Shown: positions 14,217 through 23,124, counted from the first letter of the stretch. The stretch: 24,000 nt of DNA from Terriglobia bacterium (GCA_035949375.1 DASZIG010000122.1:26491-50490), one strand, 5' to 3'. A program made the numbers and translations. Notes: generated from the letters alone by a model not told the origin.

Positions 14217-15167
14217 TCACGCGAGGCTTGCCTTCAGTTCGTTTATGGCCTCGGCGACCACCTTCTGGACTCGATCACCTTCCCGGTCGTAGAGCGAGAG
14301 GATCTCGCTCTCAAATTGCGGTCCCAGCGCGTTGATTGAGTCTGGGCGGTTCCATACCAACTCGAAGTTTTTCTGATAATAATTGTAGAGCGATGCGCCA
14401 GGGAAATTGTTGCGGTGCGGGACGAATACCCACGCCGGCGTTCTATTTCCAGCCCGATTCTCATCGTAGAACGAGATGTTCAGCCGTTCGTCAGTGAAGA
14501 CGCAAGAGACGGTGGGAAGTGTGCAATAGACGCGCACCTCGAGGCGTTTCCGGGCGCCCTCGTGCAGGTTCTTATGCAGCTTCCGTAATCTTACGACCGA
14601 CTGCACGATCTCGGCAAACAAATCGGTATGCGGGTGGCGGTACACCTCGATATTGTTTTTCAGCGCGGCCGCGACGGAGAACGGATTCAGGAATAACATC
14701 TTGACCGTCATCTTCGGGTCAGCTTCGAGACGCTCCTTCAGGAGGTCAACAAAAGGATTTGAGGACACGTCCGGCAGCGAGGTTCCAATGGCAACGAAGA
14801 AAGACTTTGCCTCAGCAAGCATCTCCTCAAAATCACGATAAGACCTTTCCGGCTTGAACTGTTGGAGGCCCGACGAGGTGATCTGCACAGCGGCGTTGTT
14901 GATCGCGCGTACGATGTCGGCGAGGCGTCGCTCCATGAATGACTCAACTTCCCGCCGGGCGGTCAGTTCAAACACGGCGGAGAGCACGCCCGCGGTCATC
15001 AAGGTGAATCCGAACGAGCGGACGTCATCGCTCCATGCAGGGGTGTACCACGCTGCGCGCAGCCAGTAGTTTGAAAAAACTGCGGCCAGCCCGATGGCGA
15101 GAAGAGAAATGACCAGCTTCCACAGGCTTGACTGGCGCGATGGTTGGATCTCGGCCAAAACAGGCAC
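14217..15167 (-). CDS. Two-TM membrane protein with a C-terminal domain resembling DUF5919 (from memory, unverified)
   Basis: GTG start at 15167 with GGGGAGGAAGCT immediately upstream. Two hydrophobic helices are present (LWKLVISLLAIGLAAVF and FGFTLMTAGVLSAVF). The C-terminal pattern FFVAIGTSLPDV...VKMLFLNPFS...LEVRVYCTLPTVSCVFTDERLNISFYDENRAG...FELVW matches my recollection of the domain found C-terminal to XRE HTH in actinobacterial proteins. GC is clearly lower than in neighbouring genes. Confidence 0.8.
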   Translation of the reverse strand: MPVLAEIQPSRQSSLWKLVISLLAIGLAAVFSNYWLRAAWYTPAWSDDVRSFGFTLMTAGVLSAVFELTARREVESFMERRLADIVRAINNAAVQITSSGLQQFKPERSYRDFEEMLAEAKSFFVAIGTSLPDVSSNPFVDLLKERLEADPKMTVKMLFLNPFSVAAALKNNIEVYRHPHTDLFAEIVQSVVRLRKLHKNLHEGARKRLEVRVYCTLPTVSCVFTDERLNISFYDENRAGNRTPAWVFVPHRNNFPGASLYNYYQKNFELVWNRPDSINALGPQFESEILSLYDREGDRVQKVVAEAINELKASLA

Positions 15168-15466
15168 AGCTTCCTCCCCTGAGCAAATCGTGCGCGGCAG
15201 CTTCCGGAATAGCGGTTATGAACCGGGCGAGATCACGCACGGTTTGCCGCAGCCGGCCCTGCCTGCCGGGCTAACGTGAATGAGAGGGCGCTCTACGCAA
15301 TCGAGGCGCCCTGTCGTCGCCTAGCTTGGAAATCGTTGAGATATTAACACAGCCAGGCCCTGGCCTTGGACCGATGAAAACGCGCGGCGGGGCGAATCGA
15401 GACGTGGAACAAAAAGGGTGCGCCTCCAGCCGCTCCCAACCAGTCTGTCGGGTCTGTCGGCTGTCA

Positions 15467-16828
15467 TCAAGACGCGGCGACGTTTTGCTGGCTGTGGAGC
15501 ACCATCTTCATTCCGTATTCCGGCCTCAGGGTGAGGGAAGGCAGAGGCCAGGTACGATGACCTTTGAGGGTGCGGAAGCGGAAGCGGCGCATGATGGTGG
15601 CCAGGATCATGGCGATCTCGAGTTGCGCGAAATCCCTGCCGATGCAGTTGCGAGGTCCGCCGCCAAAAGGGAAATAGGCGAACTTGGGCAGTCGGTCGGA
15701 GAGCCCGTCTTCCCAGCGCTCCGGCCTGAAGGCGTCGGGATCGTCATAGAAGCGCGGATCGCGATGGACCACCCACTGGAACATGGCGACGGTTGAGCCC
15801 TTGGGGATGCGGTAGCCCCCGATCTCGCACTCGTTCAGGGCCTCGCGCACCACGGCGTAAGCCGGCGGATAGAGCCGCAGGGATTCCTTGATCACGCAGT
15901 CGAGATAGCGGAGGCGGCGGAGATCGGCGAGCGTCGCCGGCCGGTCACCGAGCGCGCCTTCCAGCTCTTCCACCAGGCGGGATTCAGCCGCCGGATTCTC
16001 GCCCAGCAGAAACAGGGTCCAGGTCAGCGCCAGCCCCGTGGTCTCATGCCCGGTGAAGAAAAGCGTGGCCATTTCGTCGCGAAGTTGCGGATCGGTCATC
16101 CGGATCCCGTAGTGTTCCTGGGCGTGGAGGAACGCCGCCAGGAGGCTGCGCTCGCCCTCATTCGCGTGCCCGTTCGAACTCCGGCCGTCGCGGATGGCGT
16201 CATAGATGATCCCGTCCAGGCGGCGCATGGCGCGCCGGTAACGCAGGTTGCCGGGCGTGGGAATCCATTCGGGGACGGCGTACAGGCCGAAGCGGCTGGC
16301 GAACTGGTCCAGATAGACGCTGATGGCGGCCTCGGCGCCTTCGAGCTCGTCCGCCAGTTCGCGCCCGAACAGCACCCGGGCGATGATCTCAAGCGTGAGG
16401 CGCATCATCTCCTGGTGGACGTCCCGCGTCTCCCCGTCCTGCCACTGGTCGAGCTTGCGCCCGGTGAAGCGCACCACGGTGTCGGCGTAAGTATCAATGT
16501 GCTCGTGACGAAAGGCGCGCTGCCCGATGCGGCGCTCGCGCACCCAGGTGTCGCCGTCGCTCGTGAGCAGGCCCTCGCCGAACAGCCCGCGGCTCTCGCG
16601 CAAGTAAACGGCCTTGATGAAGTTGCGGTAATTGGTGACCAGCACTTCTTCGATGTAGCTGGGACGGCTGATCAGGTAAGTGGGAATGTTGACCACGCGG
16701 AAGAAGACAATGTCGCCGTATTCCCGCGCCATGCGGGTGGCGAATTTGACGTCTTCTTCGCGGGCTTCCGGCAGCACACCGAGCAGGAAGTGCCCCTTTG
16801 GCCCGGGTGGACGCGTTACTGAAGCCAT
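15467..16828 (-). CDS. Cytochrome P450 monooxygenase
   Basis: The heme-thiolate loop is FPFGGGPRNCIGRDFA. The I-helix is FFTGHETTG. The ExxR motif is in KESLRLYPP, and a PERW-like motif is present (RPERWEDG). Confidence 0.92.
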   Translation of the reverse strand: MASVTRPPGPKGHFLLGVLPEAREEDVKFATRMAREYGDIVFFRVVNIPTYLISRPSYIEEVLVTNYRNFIKAVYLRESRGLFGEGLLTSDGDTWVRERRIGQRAFRHEHIDTYADTVVRFTGRKLDQWQDGETRDVHQEMMRLTLEIIARVLFGRELADELEGAEAAISVYLDQFASRFGLYAVPEWIPTPGNLRYRRAMRRLDGIIYDAIRDGRSSNGHANEGERSLLAAFLHAQEHYGIRMTDPQLRDEMATLFFTGHETTGLALTWTLFLLGENPAAESRLVEELEGALGDRPATLADLRRLRYLDCVIKESLRLYPPAYAVVREALNECEIGGYRIPKGSTVAMFQWVVHRDPRFYDDPDAFRPERWEDGLSDRLPKFAYFPFGGGPRNCIGRDFAQLEIAMILATIMRRFRFRTLKGHRTWPLPSLTLRPEYGMKMVLHSQQNVAAS

Positions 16829-16947
16829 AATTAAAGCTCGAGCTGCGATACCAGTTTATATCGTGCTAATGAATTTCTCATGCTATCACGAGAAATGCGC
16901 CTCGGGAGTCTGGCAGAATCCGGGTGGGTCAGTTTGAAATGATCCGC

Positions 16948-17059
16948 AACCACCCCGCCCTTCGGGCGCCCCTCCTGACCAGGAGGGGAATCCTACTCAC
17001 AGGCGAAAACGAGTCCCATCCTACGCTTAGGAGGGGAGGCGCCAAGGCGGCGGGGTGGT
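16948..17059. repeat. REP/MITE-like imperfect inverted repeat in a divergent intergenic region
   Basis: The left arm is AACCACCCCGCCCTTCGGGCGCCCCTCCT (16948-16976), followed by the hairpin CCTCCTGACCAGGAGG. The right arm is AGGAGGGGAGGCGCCAAGGCGGCGGGGTGGT (17029-17059), the near reverse complement of the left arm. Confidence 0.6.
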
Positions 17060-17193
17060 CTGTGGCCCCCAACGCTTACTCTTAACGGCGCTTCTCCGGG
17101 TAGATGGAGCGCACCGCCGAAAGGTTGCCGTTGCGGCCGGGGTTCAGCTCTCCTCACCACTCTGCCGATAAATCCTGAGGTGGGCGAATTCGC

Positions 17194-18936
17194 ATGACTC
17201 AGCCGGATTCAAAGGTTCTCCGCGAGAAAATTCTGGCTTTCGTCAGCAGCCTCAAGCAGCCGGTGCTGTTGGACGAGGGCGGTTCGGTGCTCAGCCTCGC
17301 CGGCTTGGGCGCCGCTGACCGCGAAGGTGTGTCCCCGGACGCGCCTGGCGATCCTTCACCCGGCGCTGTGGCGGGCGGCGTGGGCCTCGAAGTCCGGCTG
17401 GAGGTGGAGTTCGGCAAGCTGCTGCTCGAGATCTGGGGCGCCGGACGGTCACTCGTACGCCGGGTGGAAGGCGTTGAGCTGGAGGGCCGCAGACTGCTGG
17501 TGCAGGCGCGCAAGCCCGGAGGATGGGCGCCGCCGGTCGTGCTCGAAATCCGCGAGGCCAGCGATACGGAGCCCCGCGAGCCGGCCTTCGAGGGCCGTGA
17601 TGGCGCTGCCCGCGATCGCGCGGAGCCGTGCCGTTCCCTTGACCGCGACGAATTCGAACGCCACTTGATGGCCATGCTGGCGCGCGAATACCCGGGATCA
17701 CACTTCGAGCGCGTCACGCATCGCTCCAATCGCGAGCGTTCGTTCTCCGGCTGCTACACACGAGGGTGGGCCCGCAGGGGCCGCGAAGCCTGGGCGTTTC
17801 TCGGCCTCTCCGAGTTGGAGAACCCGTCCGCCATTGAGAACGCGCTGGTCTACGGCCTGATCTGGCTCGACTGGCTGCGGGGGCGCGTCGAGAGCAGCCG
17901 GGAAATCGCGATCGTGAGCGGACTCAAGCTGGTGCTGCCGCCCGCCGCGGTAGCGGTGGCTGCGCATCGCGCCGCCTATCTCAACCCACGCGCGGCCGGA
18001 GTCGAGATCCTGGAGTGGACTCCTGTGAGCGAGCGTCCGCGAGCGATCGATCTCGGCGACTACGGCAATGTGGAAACGCGCTTGACGCCGCGCTGGCGCG
18101 GCGCGCGGCTGATTGAGGCGTACCGCCCGCTGCTGCGGGAGTTGCTCGGGCCGCACGAGCCCCGGGTCCGCGTAACGCCCGACGCCACCGGCGACGCGCT
18201 GTCCCTGCGCGTTTTCGGATTGGAGGTGGCACGAATCGAGGGCCGCACCGAAGCCCGGGTTTCGTTCGGACTCGAAGGTGAACGAACCCTGCTCGAGGAC
18301 GGCGGAGGCCGCGCCGCTTTCCACGCCTTCCTGGCCAACGCGCTGCGGCTGCGGAATCCCCGGTCTGCCGACCGCTCGCACCCGCTGTTCCGCCTGCAGC
18401 CCGAGCGCTGGCTCGAAAGTCTGCTGATCGACGACATCCGCCGCGTGGACCCTGCCTTGATGTCCGAACACGTCTATCCGCAGGTGCCCGCGTTCTCAGG
18501 TCCAGCGAGCCCGGGCTTTGCGAGCGCTCCGTTTTCCCGCGGCGTGATTGACATTCTGGGCGTCACCCGCGATGCGGAGACCGGCGTTCAGCGGCTGGCC
18601 GTGGTCGAGTTGAAGCTCGACGAGGATCCGAACCTTCCTCTGCAGGGTCTCGACTACTGGCTGCGCGTGAAGTGGCTCGAGGACCGCAACCAGTTTCGGG
18701 AATGCGGCTATTTCCCCGGCCTTGTACCTTCCCCGGCGCCTCCGCTGATCTATCTGGTCTGTCCCGCCTTTCGTTTTCACTCGACTACCGAGACGGTTCT
18801 GCGCTACCTTCATCCGTCGATTCGAGTGGTGAAGGTGGGCGTAAACCAGCGCTGGCGCGATGGCGTCAAGGTTCTGTTCCGTAGGACGCTGGAGCAGGGA
18901 AAAGAGCAGGGCGGAGGCGCTCGATTCGAGCCATAG
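17194..18936 (+). CDS. Hypothetical 580-aa protein with a C-terminal PD-(D/E)xK (NucS/restriction-endonuclease-like) nuclease motif
   Basis: The ORF is long with coding-like composition. The C-terminal segment is ...PERWLESLL...RGVIDILGVTRDAETGVQRLAVVELKLDEDPNLPLQGLDYWLRV. It shows the E...(I/V)D...(V)ExK arrangement (D453, E472, K474) typical of PD-(D/E)xK nucleases. I recognise no family for the first roughly 400 aa. Confidence 0.75.
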   Translation: MTQPDSKVLREKILAFVSSLKQPVLLDEGGSVLSLAGLGAADREGVSPDAPGDPSPGAVAGGVGLEVRLEVEFGKLLLEIWGAGRSLVRRVEGVELEGRRLLVQARKPGGWAPPVVLEIREASDTEPREPAFEGRDGAARDRAEPCRSLDRDEFERHLMAMLAREYPGSHFERVTHRSNRERSFSGCYTRGWARRGREAWAFLGLSELENPSAIENALVYGLIWLDWLRGRVESSREIAIVSGLKLVLPPAAVAVAAHRAAYLNPRAAGVEILEWTPVSERPRAIDLGDYGNVETRLTPRWRGARLIEAYRPLLRELLGPHEPRVRVTPDATGDALSLRVFGLEVARIEGRTEARVSFGLEGERTLLEDGGGRAAFHAFLANALRLRNPRSADRSHPLFRLQPERWLESLLIDDIRRVDPALMSEHVYPQVPAFSGPASPGFASAPFSRGVIDILGVTRDAETGVQRLAVVELKLDEDPNLPLQGLDYWLRVKWLEDRNQFRECGYFPGLVPSPAPPLIYLVCPAFRFHSTTETVLRYLHPSIRVVKVGVNQRWRDGVKVLFRRTLEQGKEQGGGARFEP

Positions 18937-19145
18937 ACGTCATCCCCAGGGCCCACATTTCTTCTATCGTTACGGGAGCCAACTTTACCGGTCCTCGCTC
19001 GGGACCCATCACCGCGCTGAAATCTGCGAGGCTAACAACCTGTGCGCTGTTAAGCGAATCTGTACGGCTGTGCGCGCAGCGTTTCAAGCTCGATGGGACT
19101 GTTGGGACGGGTCGTGGCCCGTGAAAAATTAAAATGTTACGAACG

Positions 19146-19283
19146 AAGCCGTTAGGTTTCTGAAAACAAAGCGCTTCTGTTTTCCATATATCGCGAAAGC
19201 CGTTAGGTCATTGAAAATACACAACTTATTCAAATAAAGCCGTTAGGTATATGATGCAGAATGATTTAATGCCGTTTAACGGT
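19146..19283. promoter_or_regulatory. Three direct copies of AAGCCGTTAGGT plus a related palindrome in an AT-rich upstream region
   Basis: Exact 12-mers lie at 19146-19157, 19197-19208 and 19237-19248. Copies 1 and 2 extend to AAGCCGTTAGGTnnnTGAAAA. GCCGTTTAACGGT lies at 19271-19283. The near-palindrome GAAAACAAAGCGCTTCTGTTTTC (19162-19184) sits between copies 1 and 2. Confidence 0.55.
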
Positions 19284-19326
19284 CCATTTTTCAGAGCCGA
19301 ATGACGAATTCGGGGTCGAAAGCGAC

Positions 19327-21216
19327 ATGAGCGATGTGAGCCCTGAAAAACCGAGCCGGCCGCTCGTCCTCTTCGACGGCGACTGCGGATTCTGCCGCTT
19401 TTGGGTGGCTCGCTGGCGGATGGTGACCCGGAGCGCCGTGGACTTCGCGCCCGCGCAGCAGGCGGCTGGGCGCTTCCCGCAAATTACCCCGGAAGCGGCT
19501 GCGCGCGCCGTGCAGCTCGTCACTCCGGAGGGCGAGGTTTACGCTGGCGCGGAAGCGGTGTTTCGCACCCTGGCGTATGCGCCGGAGGAACGTTGGAAGC
19601 TCAGCTTATACCGGCACGTGCCCGGCGTCCGTCCTCTGAGCGAATGGGCCTACACCCTGGTGGCGGGCCATCGACCCTTGTTCTCCAAGCTGGCTGCGTT
19701 CAGCATGGGCCGGGATCCCGAGCCTGCCACGTACGATCTGAGCCGATGGGTTTTCTTGCGGCTGCTCGGCCTGGTGTACTTTGTCGCGTTTCTGTCCTTG
19801 CGCGTGCAGATCCTGGGCTTGATCGGCGCGCGCGGAATCCTGCCGGCCGCGAGCTACCTGCAACTCGCCTGGAGCCAAATTGGAACCGAGGGTTACCACG
19901 TCTTACCGACCCTAACCTGGTTCAGTTCGAGCGACGCTTCGCTGAAGCTGCTGTGCAGCGCCGGCGCCGCGCTCGGACTGCTGATCATGCTCGGCGTCGG
20001 GACTGGTCCGGCTCTCGTCCTGGCCTGGGCGTCTTACCTCTCGATCGTATCCATCGGCCAGAACTTCCTCGCCTACCAGTGGGACCTTCTGCTGCTCGAA
20101 GCGGGGTTTCTCGCGATCTTTCTCGCGCCCTGGCGCCCGCTCGAAGCTCCGTGGCTCAAGAGCTCGGGCCGTCCTTCCGGCGTCGTGCTCTGGCTGCTGC
20201 GCTGGCTGCTGTTCCGCCTGATGTTTCTCTCGGGCTCGGTGAAGCTCCTGAGCGGCGACCCAGCGTGGCGCAATCTGACGGCGCTCCAATACCACTACTG
20301 GACCCAGCCGATCCCAACCCCGCTCGCGTGGTACGCCGCCCAACTGCCGGCTTGGTTTCAGAAGGCGTCCGTGGCCGGCGTGTTCGCGGTCGAACTGGCG
20401 GTCCCGTTCCTGCTGCTGATGCCGCGGCGACTGCGGCGCGCGGGGGCGTCCCTCATCCTGGCCATGCAATTGATGATCGCCGCGACCGGCAACTACGCCT
20501 TCTTCAATCTGCTCACCATCGCACTGTGCCTCCTGGCGCTTGATGACGCGCTGTGGCGGCGCCTGCTTCCCCGGCGGCTCGCGGCGCGCATTCAGCCCGG
20601 CGAGGGCCCTGGCGAGGACGATCAGCCGCGGCGCGGTTCGTCGTCCGCCGGCCGCGCGCTGCGGGCGGCTTTGGCCGCGGTGCTGCTCGTGATCAGCGTG
20701 AGCGAGATGCTCGGCACGTTTGGCGCGAGCGCTTTGATTCCCGGTTTCGTCGACGACTTCATAGCGTGGGAGTCGCCGTTCTATCTGGCCAATTCCTACG
20801 GCCTCTTTGCGGTGATGACAACTTCCCGCCTGGAGATCGAGGTGGAAGGAAGCAACGACGGCCAGACCTGGTTACCTTACGAATTCAAATACAAGGCGGA
20901 CGATCTGGCCCGGCGTCCTCCCTGGGTGGCGCCTCATCAGCCGAGACTGGACTGGCAGATGTGGTTTGCCGCTCTGGGAACCTACAAGCAGAATCACTGG
21001 TTTGCGAGCTTGCTGGTCCGGCTGCTGGAGGGATCGCCCGAGGTCACGGCGCTGCTCGCGCGCAATCCTTTTCCGGACGCGCCGCCGCGCTACATTCGCG
21101 CCACGGGCTACGAATACCACTTCACGGACTTTGCGACGCGACGAAGCACGGGCAACTGGTGGCGCCGCGACCTGAAGGGGACTTACTTTCCCATCGCCGC
21201 GCTCCAGAGGCAGTAG
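19327..21216 (+). CDS. DCC-family thiol-disulfide oxidoreductase (DUF393) fused to a lipase-maturation-factor-like membrane domain
   Basis: The N-terminal LVLFDGDCGFCRFWV carries a CxxC, the DCC signature. The rest is a polytopic hydrophobic region with a C-terminal block (WQMWFAALG...NPFPDAPPRYIRA..YEYHFT) as in LMF-family proteins. Confidence 0.85.
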   Translation: MSDVSPEKPSRPLVLFDGDCGFCRFWVARWRMVTRSAVDFAPAQQAAGRFPQITPEAAARAVQLVTPEGEVYAGAEAVFRTLAYAPEERWKLSLYRHVPGVRPLSEWAYTLVAGHRPLFSKLAAFSMGRDPEPATYDLSRWVFLRLLGLVYFVAFLSLRVQILGLIGARGILPAASYLQLAWSQIGTEGYHVLPTLTWFSSSDASLKLLCSAGAALGLLIMLGVGTGPALVLAWASYLSIVSIGQNFLAYQWDLLLLEAGFLAIFLAPWRPLEAPWLKSSGRPSGVVLWLLRWLLFRLMFLSGSVKLLSGDPAWRNLTALQYHYWTQPIPTPLAWYAAQLPAWFQKASVAGVFAVELAVPFLLLMPRRLRRAGASLILAMQLMIAATGNYAFFNLLTIALCLLALDDALWRRLLPRRLAARIQPGEGPGEDDQPRRGSSSAGRALRAALAAVLLVISVSEMLGTFGASALIPGFVDDFIAWESPFYLANSYGLFAVMTTSRLEIEVEGSNDGQTWLPYEFKYKADDLARRPPWVAPHQPRLDWQMWFAALGTYKQNHWFASLLVRLLEGSPEVTALLARNPFPDAPPRYIRATGYEYHFTDFATRRSTGNWWRRDLKGTYFPIAALQRQ

Positions 21217-21276
21217 AGCCGCGGGCCGTGGTGTATAATCAGGCTTTCTAGCTCGAATCCGAACCTTCGGTTTTCA

Positions 21277-23124
21277 ATGAAGCTCTCCCGCAGACTTTTC
21301 CTGGGTTCCACGGCCATCGCGCTGAGCGCGCAACTGCTGGATGCGCTCTCCGCGCCGCTATGGAAATGGCGGAGCAGCCTCGTGCTGGGCGCGGCTCAGA
21401 AGTCCGGGTCGGCGGGAGCTTCGCCGGTCACATTCGTCGATGTGGCGAAAGAAGCCGGGCTGACGGTGACCAACGTCTGGGGAGGCGTGGAGCACAAGTC
21501 TTATATCATCGAGGCCAAGGGCAGCGGCCTGGCCTTTTTCGATTACGACATGGACGGTTGGCTCGACATTTACCTGACCAACGGCTTGCGTCTGGATGAG
21601 ACGTATCCGCCCGGGCAGGCGCCGACCTCCCATTTGTTCAAGAACAATCGCGACGGGACGTTCACGGACGTCACGGCGCAGAGCGGCCTCGGCATCAGCG
21701 GATGGCAAACCGGAGTTTGCGTGGGCGACTACGACAACGACGGCTGGGATGACCTGTTCTGCGGATTCTGGGGCCATCACATGCTCTTCCACAATAATGG
21801 CGACGGCACTTTTGCCGACGTCACCCGGAAAGCCGGACTGTGGAAGGACGAAGTCCGCTGGACCTCGGGGTGCACGTGGCTCGATTACGACCGGGACGGC
21901 CATCTCGACCTCTTCGTCGCCAACTACATGATCTTCGAGCGGGACAAGGTTCCGGCTCCCGACAAGACATCGGCCTGCCAGTGGAAGGGCATCCCGGTCA
22001 TGTGCGGCCCGCGTGGTCTCCCCGGCGGCTCCAACATCCTTTATCACAACAACGGCGACGGCACGTTCACCGACGTGTCCGAGAAGGCCGGCATCTTGAA
22101 GCCCGGGCCCCGCTATTCGATCACCGCCGTATCCTACGATTTCGATAACGACGGCTGGCCCGATATTTACGTGGCGGTCGACTCTGAGGCCAGCATTCTG
22201 TACAAGAACAACCACAACGGGACATTCACGGACGTCGCCGTGATGGCCGGCTGCGCTTACAACGAAGACGGCCAGGAACAGGCCGGAATGGGTGTAGGCG
22301 TGGCGGACTACGATTGCGACGGCTGGTTCGATATCTTCAAGACCAACTTCTCGGATGACACGTCGGATCTGTACCGCAATAACGGCGACGGAACCTTCAG
22401 CGACGTCACCTTCGCCGCCGGAGTGGGCCTGAACACGCAGTACGTGGGTTGGGGCTGTGGATTCCTCGACTATGACAACGACGGCTGGTCCGACATCATG
22501 CAGATCAACGGCCACGTCTACCCCGACGTGGATCATTCCCCCGACCTCGGCGTCCGGTTCAAGGAGCAGCGGCTCCTCTATCGCAATCTCGGGAATGGCA
22601 AGTTCAAGGACGTTTCGGCGGAGTCCGGGCCGGGCATCCTGGAACGCTTCTCAAGCCGCGGGGCCGCTTTCGGCGACTACGATAACGACGGCGACATCGA
22701 TGTGCTGATCCTCAACATGAACGACCCGCCCTCGCTCCTGCGCAACGACGGCGGAAACCGGAAGAATTGGATCAAGATCAAGTTGACCGGCACCGTTTGC
22801 AATCGGACCGCCATCGGAGCGCGGGTGCGTGTAGTGACCGGCAAGCACGTCCAGATGGACGAGGTGCACAGCGGCACAAGCGTGATGTCGCAGAGCGACC
22901 TGCGGCTGCACTTCGGCCTCGGCGCAGCCACGGTGATCGATGCGATTGAAGTGAAGTGGCCGACCACGCAGAAGGTGGAGAAATTCACCCGCGTGGAGCC
23001 CAACCAGATCATCACGATCAAGGAAGGCGAAGGCATCGTGGCGCCGGAGAAGTCCGTGCAGAAGGCCGCGCCTTCTCCCGTCAAGACGCGCGCACAAATT
23101 CAGTCAACTGGCCGAGCGTCGTGA
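21277..23124 (+). CDS. CRTAC1-family / ASPIC-UnbV protein with a 7-repeat FG-GAP (VCBS) propeller, exported
   Basis: Signal-like N-terminus MKLSRRLFLGSTAIALSA. There are seven DxDxDGxxD repeats: FDYDMDGWLDIY, GDYDNDGWDDLF, LDYDRDGHLDLF, YDFDNDGWPDIY, ADYDCDGWFDIF, LDYDNDGWSDIM and GDYDNDGDIDVL. The C-terminal UnbV_ASPIC block is NWIKIKLTG..NRTAIGARVRV...SQSDLRLHFGLG...IEVKWPT. Confidence 0.9.
   Translation: MKLSRRLFLGSTAIALSAQLLDALSAPLWKWRSSLVLGAAQKSGSAGASPVTFVDVAKEAGLTVTNVWGGVEHKSYIIEAKGSGLAFFDYDMDGWLDIYLTNGLRLDETYPPGQAPTSHLFKNNRDGTFTDVTAQSGLGISGWQTGVCVGDYDNDGWDDLFCGFWGHHMLFHNNGDGTFADVTRKAGLWKDEVRWTSGCTWLDYDRDGHLDLFVANYMIFERDKVPAPDKTSACQWKGIPVMCGPRGLPGGSNILYHNNGDGTFTDVSEKAGILKPGPRYSITAVSYDFDNDGWPDIYVAVDSEASILYKNNHNGTFTDVAVMAGCAYNEDGQEQAGMGVGVADYDCDGWFDIFKTNFSDDTSDLYRNNGDGTFSDVTFAAGVGLNTQYVGWGCGFLDYDNDGWSDIMQINGHVYPDVDHSPDLGVRFKEQRLLYRNLGNGKFKDVSAESGPGILERFSSRGAAFGDYDNDGDIDVLILNMNDPPSLLRNDGGNRKNWIKIKLTGTVCNRTAIGARVRVVTGKHVQMDEVHSGTSVMSQSDLRLHFGLGAATVIDAIEVKWPTTQKVEKFTRVEPNQIITIKEGEGIVAPEKSVQKAAPSPVKTRAQIQSTGRAS

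Noticed and set aside
11296-15300. Calling the lower-GC block a mobile genomic island.
   Set aside because: No integrase, transposase, recombinase or flanking direct repeats are visible in the window. The compositional shift rests on a few hand-counted lines. It is kept only as context for other findings.
15446-15463. Tandem GTCTGTCGG x2 at the P450 stop codon.
   Set aside because: It is only two short copies adjacent to the coding end. There is no further periodicity or structure.
19146-19248. CRISPR array.
   Set aside because: There are only three 12-bp repeats with unequal spacing (39 and 28 bp between repeats), in an AT-rich promoter-like context. No cas genes are present. Repeat length and regularity are far from CRISPR.
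23081-23124. The 44-nt convergent overlap of the CRTAC1-family and HAD genes as something unusual, such as antisense regulation.
   Set aside because: Short 3'-3' overlaps are common in compact high-GC genomes. Both C-terminal tails are unconserved-looking, so either stop may simply be permissive.
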